From IMG/VR virus record IMGVR_UViG_3300045135_000357, positions 1 through 59,760 of that record: a stretch of DNA of 59,760 nt; one strand, given 5' to 3'. Both the position numbers and the translations under genes were made by a program. The notes under the pieces are model-generated. The model searched no databases. It saw nothing but the letters and a program-made list of their open reading frames with translations, and was not told the origin of the DNA. Shown here one piece after another: positions 17,363-26,891 of the stretch (positions within the stretch are counted from its first letter, which is position 1; each line of letters opens with the position of its first letter). The DNA is from a virus (lineage: Duplodnaviria; Caudoviricetes).

Positions 17363-17796
17363 TGCCAGCGAAGTCGGAGAAACAACGCCGCTTCATGGCA
17401 GCTGTCGCAAACAACCCCAAGTTCGCAAAGAAGGTCGGGGTTCCTCAAAGCGTAGGAGAAGAGTTTATGGAACCGAAGAAGTACAAGAAGGGCGGTAAAG
17501 CCGCCAACAAACAGCTCGGCGGACGTCGCGGGCTACGTGGTATGGCGGAAGATGACTCGCTCGCACCTCGCAGTGCCCCGGTTCCGAAGATGCGCCCGTC
17601 GCTCGCGCCCCGCCGCGCTCCGGTTCCGAAGATGCGTCCAGAGGACTCGATGTCTCCCGATTCCGCAGTGGGTCGTGGTAACCGCGCAGCGATGCGTGAA
17701 GCCGAAGATATGCCGCCGATGGGCATGAAGAAGGGCGGCAAGGTCCGCGGTGCAGGTATGGCTCGTAAAGGTGTCCGCCCCTGCAAGATGTGCTGA
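17362..17796 (+). CDS. Small basic phage protein (MPAKSEKQRRFM...) with a 14-aa tandem duplication
   Basis: TAATG coupling at 17362; SLAPRxAPVPKMRP twice; two xKKGG motifs. Confidence 0.75.
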   Translation: MPAKSEKQRRFMAAVANNPKFAKKVGVPQSVGEEFMEPKKYKKGGKAANKQLGGRRGLRGMAEDDSLAPRSAPVPKMRPSLAPRRAPVPKMRPEDSMSPDSAVGRGNRAAMREAEDMPPMGMKKGGKVRGAGMARKGVRPCKMC

Positions 17797-17993
17797 TGCG
17801 TCGGGATTACCGAAATAAGGGCTGTCACTGCTACGCAAAAGGTGGAGAGGTCTGGGATAAGCCCCGCCCCAAAAAGGCGGGGAAACCTAAGAAGCTCTCC
17901 ACTAAACAGAAGGCTAGCGCAAAAGCGGCAGCACGCAAGGCGGGGCGTCCATACCCCAACCTTGTAGATAACATGAGAGCGGCGAGAAAATAG
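17790..17993 (+). CDS. Small basic phage protein (~65 aa)
   Basis: AGRPYPNLVDNM motif; overlap coupling. Confidence 0.7.
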   Translation: MLMRRDYRNKGCHCYAKGGEVWDKPRPKKAGKPKKLSTKQKASAKAAARKAGRPYPNLVDNMRAARK

Positions 17994-17994
17994 C

Positions 17995-18678
17995 ATGACC
18001 ACATCGGGCACAGCAGCGTTCAACATGGACTTCACGGAAATCGCCGAGGAAGCATGGGAACGTGCGGGCCGCGAACTGCGTTCTGGTTATGATCTGCGTA
18101 CCGCTCGCCGGTCCATGAACTTGATGACCATCGAGTGGCAAAACCGTGGCATCAATATGTGGACCATCGAGGAGGGCTCTATTTCGCTCTCCACAGGGGT
18201 TGGGCAATACGACCTTCCCGCTGATACCATCGATCTCTTGGAGCAGGTGGTACGTACGGGTAGTGGCACGACGCAGCAGGACCTCAATCTGTCCCGCATT
18301 AGCGTCAGCACGTATTCTTCTATCCCGAACAAGACTAACACCGGGCGTCCGATTCAAGTATACATTGAGCGCCTGCGGGATAACCCGCGTATAAACGTAT
18401 GGCCTGTACCGGAGAGCGACGCCTATACAGTGGTTTACTGGCGTATGCGCCGCGTTGAAGACGCCGGGGCCGGTGCGCAGACCCCCGACGTTAATTTCCG
18501 ATTCCTACCGTGTCTCGTGGCTGGGTTGGCATACCATATCGCCATGAAAGTACCCGAGTTGGCGGAACGTGTCCCGATGCTGAAGCAGGACTACGAAGAG
18601 CAATTCCGCCTTGCTGCTGAGGAAGACCGAGAAAAAGCCCCAGTTCGCTTTGTGCCGAGGGTAGGTATGATGCGATGA
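17995..18678 (+). CDS. Probable head-tail adaptor
   Basis: EEAWERAG, WQNRGINMWT, GRP...VWPVP motifs; synteny. Confidence 0.6.
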   Translation: MTTSGTAAFNMDFTEIAEEAWERAGRELRSGYDLRTARRSMNLMTIEWQNRGINMWTIEEGSISLSTGVGQYDLPADTIDLLEQVVRTGSGTTQQDLNLSRISVSTYSSIPNKTNTGRPIQVYIERLRDNPRINVWPVPESDAYTVVYWRMRRVEDAGAGAQTPDVNFRFLPCLVAGLAYHIAMKVPELAERVPMLKQDYEEQFRLAAEEDREKAPVRFVPRVGMMR

Positions 18679-18986
18679 CGAACCGTTTTGCGTCTAGCCA
18701 GAAAGCTGCAGGCATCTGCGATGTATGTGGATTCCGTTATCCGCTACGCAGGCTACGCACTACTTACGTTAAGGGTCGCAAAACAAACGTGTTATCCTGC
18801 CCTGAGTGTTGGGACCCGGATCATCCGCAGCTTAGATTGGGTGAGTTTCCGGTTAACGATCCGCAGGCATTGCGCAATCCGCGCCCGGATAGCGGAGAAT
18901 ATGCGCAAAGTCGCGCGCTTATCATCCCTGTACGTCCAGCGGTTGGGACTGGATTTATTGGACAAGTCACGGTAATAACTTCTTAG
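18675..18986 (+). CDS. Zinc-finger protein (103 aa)
   Basis: CDVCG...CPECWD, DPQALRNPRPD. Confidence 0.75.
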   Translation: MTNRFASSQKAAGICDVCGFRYPLRRLRTTYVKGRKTNVLSCPECWDPDHPQLRLGEFPVNDPQALRNPRPDSGEYAQSRALIIPVRPAVGTGFIGQVTVITS

Positions 18987-18998
18987 GAGTGATACGAC

Positions 18999-19148
18999 AT
19001 GGCAAACTGTGGTACGAAGAAGATGAAGAGCGGCGGTAAGGTCGCGAATCAGACGAAGAAAGCAAAGAAGCCCTCTAAGAAGGGCGTTAAGGTACGCGGT
19101 ACCGGCGCTGCTACTAAAGGGCTGTATGCACGGGGGCCGATGGCATAA
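18999..19148 (+). CDS. Small basic protein (49 aa, MANCGTKKMKSGGKV...RGTGAATKGLYARGPMA)
   Basis: Below the ORF-track cutoff; SD AGGAG; fills the gap; shares motifs with 17362..17796. Confidence 0.8.
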   Translation: MANCGTKKMKSGGKVANQTKKAKKPSKKGVKVRGTGAATKGLYARGPMA

Positions 19149-19151
19149 CCC

Positions 19152-19781
19152 ATGGACTACGCTGAGCTGAAGACAAACATCGAGGACATTTGCGAAACGT
19201 CGTTTACCGACGCGCAGCTTGCTATGTTTACTCAGCAGGCGGAGCAAAAAATCTACAACGCAGTGCAAATCCCCGAGCTTCGCAAGAACGTCACGGGGAC
19301 AGCCTCGAATGGGAACAAGTACCTCCAGATGCCGGAGGATTTTCTCTACTCGTACAGCATGGCCGTTGTAGATGGGTCCGGTAACTATTCGTACCTGCTG
19401 AATAAGGACGTAAACTTCATTCGTGAGGCCTATCCGGCCCCAAGTGGAGTGGGGCTACCCAAGCACTACGCGTTTTTTGACGGTAACACGTTTATATTAG
19501 GCCCAACCCCAGACGCAGATTACTCGGTTGAGCTGCACTATGGTTATTACCCAGAGTCTATCGTTACCGCAGGTACGACGTGGCTAGGGGATGAATTTGA
19601 TTCAGCGCTACTTAACGGTGCGTTGGTCGAAGCGATCCGTTTCCTTAAAGGAGAGCAGGATGTGGTGAATATGTACAATCAGATGTACGTACTCGCTATC
19701 GGACTACTCAAGAACCTTGGCGACGGGAAATTGCGTCAGGACATGTATCGTTCTGGCGAAGTTCGAACTGCCGTGAGCTAA
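19152..19781 (+). CDS. Probable tail adaptor / tail tubular protein A-like
   Basis: GLPKHYA...GPTPDADYSVELHY, LLNGALVEA; synteny. Confidence 0.6.
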   Translation: MDYAELKTNIEDICETSFTDAQLAMFTQQAEQKIYNAVQIPELRKNVTGTASNGNKYLQMPEDFLYSYSMAVVDGSGNYSYLLNKDVNFIREAYPAPSGVGLPKHYAFFDGNTFILGPTPDADYSVELHYGYYPESIVTAGTTWLGDEFDSALLNGALVEAIRFLKGEQDVVNMYNQMYVLAIGLLKNLGDGKLRQDMYRSGEVRTAVS

Positions 19782-19792
19782 GGAGATAAGAC

Positions 19793-20212
19793 ATGGCTAT
19801 CACACAAGCGATGTGCACGAGCTTCAAGACTGAGCTTCTTGGCGGCGTGCACGACATCGACACTGACGTAATCAAGATCGCGCTGTACACCAGCTCGGCG
19901 ACTCTTGGTGCGGCTACCACCGCGTACAGCACCTCGAACGAGGCTTCGGGTACGGGCTACACAGCCGGTGGCAACACACTCACTAACGCGACGATTAGTT
20001 CAGATGGCACAACCGCTATCGTGGACTTTGACAATACTACGTGGGTGTCGTCTACTATTACCGCACGCGGCGCGTTGATCTACAACTCGTCCAAAGCAAA
20101 CCGCGCGATTGCAGTTTTGGATTTCGGTTCGGACAAAATCTCGACTGACGGTGATTTCACCATCCAGTTCCCGGTTGCGGACGCATCGAACGCGATTCTG
20201 CGCATCGCTTAA
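19793..20212 (+). CDS. Conserved virion structural protein (139 aa)
   Basis: MAITQAMCTSFK, KIALYT, GYTAGG, VLDFGSDK; strong SD. Confidence 0.75.
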   Translation: MAITQAMCTSFKTELLGGVHDIDTDVIKIALYTSSATLGAATTAYSTSNEASGTGYTAGGNTLTNATISSDGTTAIVDFDNTTWVSSTITARGALIYNSSKANRAIAVLDFGSDKISTDGDFTIQFPVADASNAILRIA

Positions 20213-20225
20213 TAGGAGCTAACCT

Positions 20226-21977
20226 ATGGTCACGCTTGTTAACCGCGCCTTTATGACCACCACGACCACTGGGACTGGTACGATTAGTTTGACTGGTACG
20301 GAACCCAGCTACCAGTCGTTTGCGGATGCAGGTGTGACGGACGGCGCTACGGTCCGCTACACAATCACAGAGGGGTCATCTTGGGAGATCGGTACGGGTA
20401 CGTACTCCTCCACTGGTCCCACCCTGACCCGCACTCCGACAGAGAGCTCCTCTAGTGGTTCTGCGATTACCCTTGGCGGTACAGCCAAGGTGTTCCTCAC
20501 TGCGGCGGCTGATGACATCCTGCAGCCAGCCAACAACCTGTCTGACCTTGCAAGTGCCGCAACTGCCCGCACCAACCTTGGCCTCGGAACCGGCGACAGC
20601 CCGACGTTTGTCAACGTAACTGCTACCGGCACCGTGTCGGCTAGCGCCCCATCCGGCAACCCTACGTTCAAAGGCTACATTGGCTTAAAGGCTTACACAT
20701 CTACGCAGACAATCAGCAGTATGACGCTTTCTACGTCTGGGTCTGCTGATGCGACTGGCGGAACCCTGTCAGATGGTGATTGGGTGCTACTTGTTACCAG
20801 TTATACTCTATTTAGCAGCTCCCTTAATTTGGCTGTTGCCATAGGTGGCACAGTACAAACTACTAGCCTGCTAAATTCCTTAACCGCAAGTGACCTTTTA
20901 ACCACCAGATTGCGGATTGAAAAATTCCAGATTTCAGGTACCCCAAGTTCTATTGAGTTTGGTGCGAATTCTTCTGGCACGCTTGTCGCCCCTGCGGATG
21001 GCTCGAACTATGACTACGAAAGTGGTCTTGGGATTATGCTGGTTTTTGAAGATGAGCCAAGCATCACAAGTTTCACCGACACAACAGTTAAAGATGGCGG
21101 AACCATTTCAGGAGAAACTCTATCTTCAACATCTGGGGCTTGGACGTTTAGCGTTCTTGGCGGTTATGTTAACTCCAGTCAGTCAACCATCTACACAAAC
21201 CCATCAGCATCCAATAACTATGTGGACACTGAGACTAACACTAGTCTCGATGCAAGGCTGTATGCTTCGTTTGGTTATGAAGAGTCCATCACGACAAACG
21301 ATGTCGAGGGGGCGAGTTCCATTAGTGCATTAGCCCGTACGACATTTACATGGTCGCAGGCGGGAGCGGCCAGCGGCACTGCCATCACATCAGACGGTGA
21401 TATTTCTGTCACTGGCACTGTAGACGGACGTGACGTTGCTGCTGACGGCACAAAGCTGGACGGCATTGAGGCAGGCGCTGATGTAACGGACGCGGCCAAC
21501 GTCACTGCGGCTGGCGCGCTCATGGACAGCGAGTTGACTAACATCACCGCCGTTAAAGCCCTAAACCAAGGCGTCGCGACGACCAACAGCCCGACGTTTG
21601 CTGGTATGACTGCCAACGGCAACATCACAGTCACTGGTACTGTCGATGGCCGTGACGTTGCTGCTGACGGCACAAAGCTAGATGGTATTGAGTCCGGGGC
21701 AGATGTTACTGACGCGGCCAACGTAAACCCGCTGATTGACAGTCACCTAAACTACTCAACCGCTACTGCTGGGCAAGTTCTTAGCTACAGCGGCAGTGAC
21801 TACGACTGGGTTGATGCTGCTGGCCCGGCTGGCGACGTATTCTACGAAAACTCTACGACGGTTGATGCTAACTATACGATCACGTCTGGCAAGAATGCGG
21901 TCTCCGCGGGCCCAGTGACGATTTCTAGCGGCGTAACTGTAACGGTGCCTTCGGGCTCTAGATGGGCGGTGGTCTAA
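20226..21977 (+). CDS. Tail fibre-like protein (583 aa)
   Basis: WEIGTGTY N-domain, NNLSDL...ARTNLGLG, duplicated VDGRDVAADGTKLDGIE, C-terminal SAGPVTISSGVTVTVPSGSRW. Confidence 0.75.
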   Translation: MVTLVNRAFMTTTTTGTGTISLTGTEPSYQSFADAGVTDGATVRYTITEGSSWEIGTGTYSSTGPTLTRTPTESSSSGSAITLGGTAKVFLTAAADDILQPANNLSDLASAATARTNLGLGTGDSPTFVNVTATGTVSASAPSGNPTFKGYIGLKAYTSTQTISSMTLSTSGSADATGGTLSDGDWVLLVTSYTLFSSSLNLAVAIGGTVQTTSLLNSLTASDLLTTRLRIEKFQISGTPSSIEFGANSSGTLVAPADGSNYDYESGLGIMLVFEDEPSITSFTDTTVKDGGTISGETLSSTSGAWTFSVLGGYVNSSQSTIYTNPSASNNYVDTETNTSLDARLYASFGYEESITTNDVEGASSISALARTTFTWSQAGAASGTAITSDGDISVTGTVDGRDVAADGTKLDGIEAGADVTDAANVTAAGALMDSELTNITAVKALNQGVATTNSPTFAGMTANGNITVTGTVDGRDVAADGTKLDGIESGADVTDAANVNPLIDSHLNYSTATAGQVLSYSGSDYDWVDAAGPAGDVFYENSTTVDANYTITSGKNAVSAGPVTISSGVTVTVPSGSRWAVV

Positions 21978-23084
21978 ATGACGACGATTAAGGTAGATAC
22001 GATTACCGACGCAGCGGGCACGGGTGCCCCGAACATTCCTGACGGTGTGACTATCGCAGGCACTGCGCTGGCGTCTGCTGATTCGATGGACTACACGGCC
22101 TCGGCCACAGAGCCCGGATCGCCTAAAGGTGGCTCGATTTGGTGGAATACCGATACTAGCAAGCTCTACCAGTATATGAATAGTGCTTGGCAAGAAGTGA
22201 CGCAGACGACTTATGTTCCCCCCGCAAACTTGGGTGGTAGAGGCGTATCCGGCGGTGGTGGCAATTCCTCTGCGGGCATCATCCAGTACATCACCATTGC
22301 CACTACAGGTAATGCCACTACCTTTGGTTATCTAACCCAAGAAAGGTATGATCTAGGTGCATGTTCCAACGGGACTAGAGGTGTTTTTGGGGGCGGATAC
22401 TGGACCTCATATTTTAACATCATTGACTACATTACTTTTTCTACTACAGGCAATGCCACAGATTTTGGTGACTTGACTGTAGCTAGAAGAGGAATTGCTG
22501 CGGTATCCAACGGAACTAGGGGTGTTTTTGGACCTACGTCTAACGTACTGGACTATATAACCATTGACACCCTCGGCAATGCTACAGACTTCGGTGATCC
22601 TTACTATAATCAGGACTATGTCGGTGGTGCCGCTGACCGGACTTACGGCTTATTTGCGGGTGGTAGATACGACAGAGACTTAATCCAGTACATCACCATT
22701 GCCACCCTCGGTAACGCTACAGACTTCGGGTTATTAAGTACGTCATTTCAATCCCCAGCGGGTTGTTCTGACTATACTTATGCGCTATTCGGTGGCCAAT
22801 ATGATGCGACTGGGTCCGCTACCAATAAAGTGGACTATGTGACTATTGCCACCCCCGGTAATGCCACTGATTTTGGTGATCTCACCGTAGCACGGGCACA
22901 CGGCGGGGCGTGTTCAGACGGGACTAAGGGTGTGTTTATGGGTGGCCTCGACGACTGGTTTGGCACCAAGTATAACACCATTGACTACTTTACTATTGCC
23001 ACTCCGGGTAATGCTACTGATTTTGGTGATTTGGTATCGGCAACAGCGGGCTCCTACTGGAACGCAAGCACGTCAGGAGATTAA
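21978..23084 (+). CDS. Six-repeat Kelch/beta-propeller-like virion protein, paralog 1
   Basis: Six copies of FGG...IxYxTIxTxGNATDFGxL; ends SGD. Confidence 0.7.
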   Translation: MTTIKVDTITDAAGTGAPNIPDGVTIAGTALASADSMDYTASATEPGSPKGGSIWWNTDTSKLYQYMNSAWQEVTQTTYVPPANLGGRGVSGGGGNSSAGIIQYITIATTGNATTFGYLTQERYDLGACSNGTRGVFGGGYWTSYFNIIDYITFSTTGNATDFGDLTVARRGIAAVSNGTRGVFGPTSNVLDYITIDTLGNATDFGDPYYNQDYVGGAADRTYGLFAGGRYDRDLIQYITIATLGNATDFGLLSTSFQSPAGCSDYTYALFGGQYDATGSATNKVDYVTIATPGNATDFGDLTVARAHGGACSDGTKGVFMGGLDDWFGTKYNTIDYFTIATPGNATDFGDLVSATAGSYWNASTSGD

Positions 23085-23087
23085 TAC

Positions 23088-24179
23088 ATGAGCACATTCG
23101 ACGCGCAAAACATAGAGAGTACCTCTGGTGGAGCACCTGACTTCAGCCAAGGGCTAAACGTCGGTGGGGTGGACATCAATACGATAGTCACGATGACCGA
23201 GTACTACGGTCAAGCTGGTCAACCTAGTAGCCCTGCTAATGGTGCAGTGTGGTGGGATGGTACTACTGCTAGGCAGTACGTGGGTAGTGACTGGCGTGAC
23301 TTGAGTGTGACTGCCCCCTACCGTTCAATAGGTGACAGAGGTCTGTTTGGTGGTGGCTCAAGCACTACAAACCTCATTGACTACATTGACATCACCACCC
23401 CCGGTAACGCTGTTGACTTCGGTGATCTGACTGTTGCTCGTTATGGCCTTGCCGCTTGCTCTAACGGCACTTACGGCCTGTTTGGTGGGGGTACTACTGG
23501 CAGTAACTCCAACGTTATGGACTACGTAACCATTGCCACTACTGGTAATGCCACTGACTTCGGGGACCTTACTGTAGCTCGCTATGGCATAGCGGCCTGC
23601 TCAGATAACACTTACGGTCTTTTTGGTGGTGGTACTACTGGCAGTTACTCCAACGTTATTGACTATGTTACCATTGCCACTACGGGCAACGCCACTGACT
23701 TTGGTAATCTGACTTTATCTAGGCAGGATTTGGCTGGGTGTGGCAGTGTTACATACGGTTTGTTTGGTGGCGGTAATAATGGCAGTAATTCCAACGTTAT
23801 TGACTACGTGACTGTTGCTTCTCCCGGCAACGCCACTGACTTCGGTGATCTAACTGTAGCACGTTATGGTCCTGGCGCTTGCTCTGATGGTACTTATGGC
23901 CTGTTTGGTGGTGGCAACCAGAACTCGGGACGGTCGAACATCATTGACTACGTAACCATTGACACCCCCGGCAACGCCACCGATTTCGGTGATTTGACTG
24001 CAACAACGCGGTTATTGGCTTCCTGTTCCAACGGGACTTACGGCGTTTGGGGTGGCGGCTTTGACGGCGCGGTCACCAATACCATTGTCTACGTTACCAT
24101 CGCTACTCCCGGCAACGCTACAGACTTCGGGGACCTTACTGTAGTACGTTATTACTTAAGCGCATGTTCAGGAGACTAA
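23088..24179 (+). CDS. Six-repeat Kelch/beta-propeller-like virion protein, paralog 2
   Basis: Six ~46-aa repeats; ends SGD. Confidence 0.7.
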   Translation: MSTFDAQNIESTSGGAPDFSQGLNVGGVDINTIVTMTEYYGQAGQPSSPANGAVWWDGTTARQYVGSDWRDLSVTAPYRSIGDRGLFGGGSSTTNLIDYIDITTPGNAVDFGDLTVARYGLAACSNGTYGLFGGGTTGSNSNVMDYVTIATTGNATDFGDLTVARYGIAACSDNTYGLFGGGTTGSYSNVIDYVTIATTGNATDFGNLTLSRQDLAGCGSVTYGLFGGGNNGSNSNVIDYVTVASPGNATDFGDLTVARYGPGACSDGTYGLFGGGNQNSGRSNIIDYVTIDTPGNATDFGDLTATTRLLASCSNGTYGVWGGGFDGAVTNTIVYVTIATPGNATDFGDLTVVRYYLSACSGD

Positions 24180-24182
24180 CAC

Positions 24183-25268
24183 ATGAGTACACTTAAGGTA
24201 GACTCCATCGAGAACAACGGCAGCACGGTCAACTTCACGACTGATTTGGCTGTCGGTAACGGCACCGTGATACGCGAGTACTACTCCCAATCCACTGAAC
24301 CAAGCACCACCACTAACGGCGCTGTCTGGTGGGATACGTCTGCCAGCACATATAAGATGCTGATTGCTGGTGCGTGGTACACTGTGGACTTGACACCACC
24401 GCCCGGTGTTTGGTCTGGCGATACCGGGTTGTTTGGTGGCGGTAATAATGGCAGTAATTCCAACGTTATTGACTACGTTACTATTGACACCCCCGGTAAC
24501 GCCACTGACTTCGGTGATCTGACTGCAGCACGTAACGGCTTAGCCGCTTGCTCTAACGGGTCTAGGGGTCTATTTGGTGGCGGTTATAGCCCTTACGAAA
24601 ACACCATTGACTACGTTACTATTGCTACTACTAGTAACGCTACTGACTTTGGTGATCTGACTGCAGCACGCACCCAGCTAGCCGCTTGCTCTAACGGGTA
24701 TAGGGGTCTATTTGGTGGTGGTACTACTGGCACTAACTACAACGTTATTGACTACGTAACTATTGCTACTACGAGCAACGCCACTGACTTCGGTGATTTA
24801 ACTGTAGCTAGAGATTCCCTAGCGGCCTGCTCTGATGGTACGTACGGCTTGTTTGGTGGGGGTATTGGTGCAGGTGTTATATCGGACGTTATTGACTACG
24901 TAACCATTGCCACTACGGGCAACGCCACTGACTTCGGTGATTTAACTGTAGCACGTTATGGCCCTGCCGCTTGCTCTGATGGTACGTACGGTTTGTTTGG
25001 TGGTGGTTATAATGGCGGTTACTACAACGTTATTGACTACGTAACCATTGCCACTACGGGCAACGCCACTGACTTCGGTGATCTGACTGTTGCGCGTCGT
25101 GAACTAGGTGCCTGCGCCAATGCAACTAGGGGCGTCTGGGGTGGGGGTATTACTGGCACTTACTCCAACGTTATTGACTACGTTACTATTGACACCCCCG
25201 GTAACGCCACTGACTTCGGGGACCTTACTGTAGCACGTAAATACGTATCTAGCTGTTCGGGGGACTAG
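24183..25268 (+). CDS. Six-repeat Kelch/beta-propeller-like virion protein, paralog 3
   Basis: Six ~46-aa repeats; ends SGD. Confidence 0.7.
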   Translation: MSTLKVDSIENNGSTVNFTTDLAVGNGTVIREYYSQSTEPSTTTNGAVWWDTSASTYKMLIAGAWYTVDLTPPPGVWSGDTGLFGGGNNGSNSNVIDYVTIDTPGNATDFGDLTAARNGLAACSNGSRGLFGGGYSPYENTIDYVTIATTSNATDFGDLTAARTQLAACSNGYRGLFGGGTTGTNYNVIDYVTIATTSNATDFGDLTVARDSLAACSDGTYGLFGGGIGAGVISDVIDYVTIATTGNATDFGDLTVARYGPAACSDGTYGLFGGGYNGGYYNVIDYVTIATTGNATDFGDLTVARRELGACANATRGVWGGGITGTYSNVIDYVTIDTPGNATDFGDLTVARKYVSSCSGD

Positions 25269-25273
25269 AGACA

Positions 25274-26083
25274 ATGACCGCACTTACAACAAAAGACGAC
25301 ATCACATTCAGCCTACCGGCTGTATCCGCAGACAAGATTAATGCGGCAGCGGTGGCCAAGGTGAACGCATACCTGCCCGAACTGGAGCAGAAGACCCGCG
25401 CGTTTGACCGCAACAACAGCCAGCATACGCTGTCTCTGATGACGCTGACCATGCTCAACGGCCAGTCCCCAATGCGGATGATGCGCCAGATCATGGCTGA
25501 GGTTGAAAAGCGCAAGATGGCGCTGGCAGAGGCGCAGGTAAGTCACGCTGAGTCGATGCAGGAGCTCGAAGAGCTTGAGGGCTCTGTTGACCCCGTTAAG
25601 CAGGCGAAATACCGCCAGAAGCGGTTCAGCATCGACATGCTGGAGTCCAAGATCAACGGCTCGTTCAAGGACATCGCTACGCTGATCGACGCCTACGAGA
25701 ACGTCAAGGCGAAGAACGGTATCGATGAATGGGATGAAGAGGCGTTTGAACGCGAAGAGAAGCGGCACCACGTACGCCGCGGCTTCGAGCTCATGTACCG
25801 TAATCTTCTCGATGGTGGTCGCGCTCAGACCTCTACTATCGAATATCTTCAGCAGTATGGGGTCCACCCTCAAGTTGCCCTGACTGAGGCGAGTGGGTAC
25901 GTGAAGTACACCGCAGAGCGTATCGCGAAAAAGGACATTCCGCACTCGAATGACCTTGAAGACTTCCTCGACCAAATGGCGGACAAGTATTGTGCCAATG
26001 TGGACAAGACTTCTGAGCGTTTATTTGGTAAAACTGAATTTACCAACCCGGAGTACATGCTTCGACTGGAGGCCTCGAAATGA
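25274..26083 (+). CDS. Helical coiled-coil hypothetical protein (269 aa)
   Basis: Long ORF with strong codon bias directly after the propeller genes. Confidence 0.75.
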   Translation: MTALTTKDDITFSLPAVSADKINAAAVAKVNAYLPELEQKTRAFDRNNSQHTLSLMTLTMLNGQSPMRMMRQIMAEVEKRKMALAEAQVSHAESMQELEELEGSVDPVKQAKYRQKRFSIDMLESKINGSFKDIATLIDAYENVKAKNGIDEWDEEAFEREEKRHHVRRGFELMYRNLLDGGRAQTSTIEYLQQYGVHPQVALTEASGYVKYTAERIAKKDIPHSNDLEDFLDQMADKYCANVDKTSERLFGKTEFTNPEYMLRLEASK

Positions 26084-26382
26084 TTATCGAATACATGTTG
26101 GTCCGCGAACTGGATCGTAAACGCGCCCCTTCGTGGGTAGAGGACGGTGGATATTTCCACGACCCTGACAACAAGACGCTGATTGGCTGGTCCCCGGATT
26201 TTGCTGACCGCGACTACTATGTCCCTGACTCGGTTACGGAATATGACCGTGCGGGCCTGACGGGCTATGTCATGGGGCTTCACACCCGTTACCCGTTCCA
26301 GAACGATGACGGGAACAACATGACTGACGCAGAAGTCGAGGCCATGGTCAACGCTTGGTGTGACGCGCACGGAGAGCCGTAA
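26080..26382 (+). CDS. Hypothetical protein (100 aa)
   Basis: ATGA overlap; SD GGAGG. Confidence 0.75.
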   Translation: MIIEYMLVRELDRKRAPSWVEDGGYFHDPDNKTLIGWSPDFADRDYYVPDSVTEYDRAGLTGYVMGLHTRYPFQNDDGNNMTDAEVEAMVNAWCDAHGEP

Positions 26383-26385
26383 TAG

Positions 26386-26883
26386 ATGCTTGGCTTTGCT
26401 CCATTAGCAGCTGCACCTCTCGCCGCATACCCTGAAGGGGATGTGTACGTTACGGGTGTGGCCGCGACCGGGCAAGTCGGCGATACGGTAGTCGTCGGCG
26501 GTGCGACCGTCTCAGTCACCGGTGTTGCCGCAAATACTAACGTAGGCGCACCCACAGTAGTTGGGGGAGCGACCGTCACTCTGACTGGTGTTGACTCGAC
26601 GGGTGAGGTTGGTGACGTAGGTGTAGCTATCAACGCCGTCGCAACCCCAACCGGGGTATCGGGTACAAGCGCAGTTGGTACGGTTTCCGTTGTCGAAGGG
26701 CAGGGTGTTCGCGTACTGCTCTCTGGTGTAACAGCCGCTGGTGGTACCGGCACGGTGAAAGTGGTGTTCAGCACCCGTGTGGTCGCGGTTGGTGTCTCTG
26801 CGAGCGGGCTGGTGGGCAGTACCAACATCTGGAGTCTGATTGACGACTCGCAAGACCCATTCTGGGTTAGAATCCCGACGTAG
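26386..26883 (+). CDS. Gly/Val/Thr-repeat virion protein (165 aa)
   Basis: MLGFAPLAAAPLAA start; repeated VTGVxAxxxVG units. Confidence 0.7.
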   Translation: MLGFAPLAAAPLAAYPEGDVYVTGVAATGQVGDTVVVGGATVSVTGVAANTNVGAPTVVGGATVTLTGVDSTGEVGDVGVAINAVATPTGVSGTSAVGTVSVVEGQGVRVLLSGVTAAGGTGTVKVVFSTRVVAVGVSASGLVGSTNIWSLIDDSQDPFWVRIPT

Positions 26884-26891
26884 AGGTTAAC

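Noticed and set aside
21978-25268. Complete diversity-generating retroelement
   Set aside because: No reverse transcriptase or non-coding template repeat in the window; all repeats are in-frame protein repeats. Kept only as a weak hypothesis.
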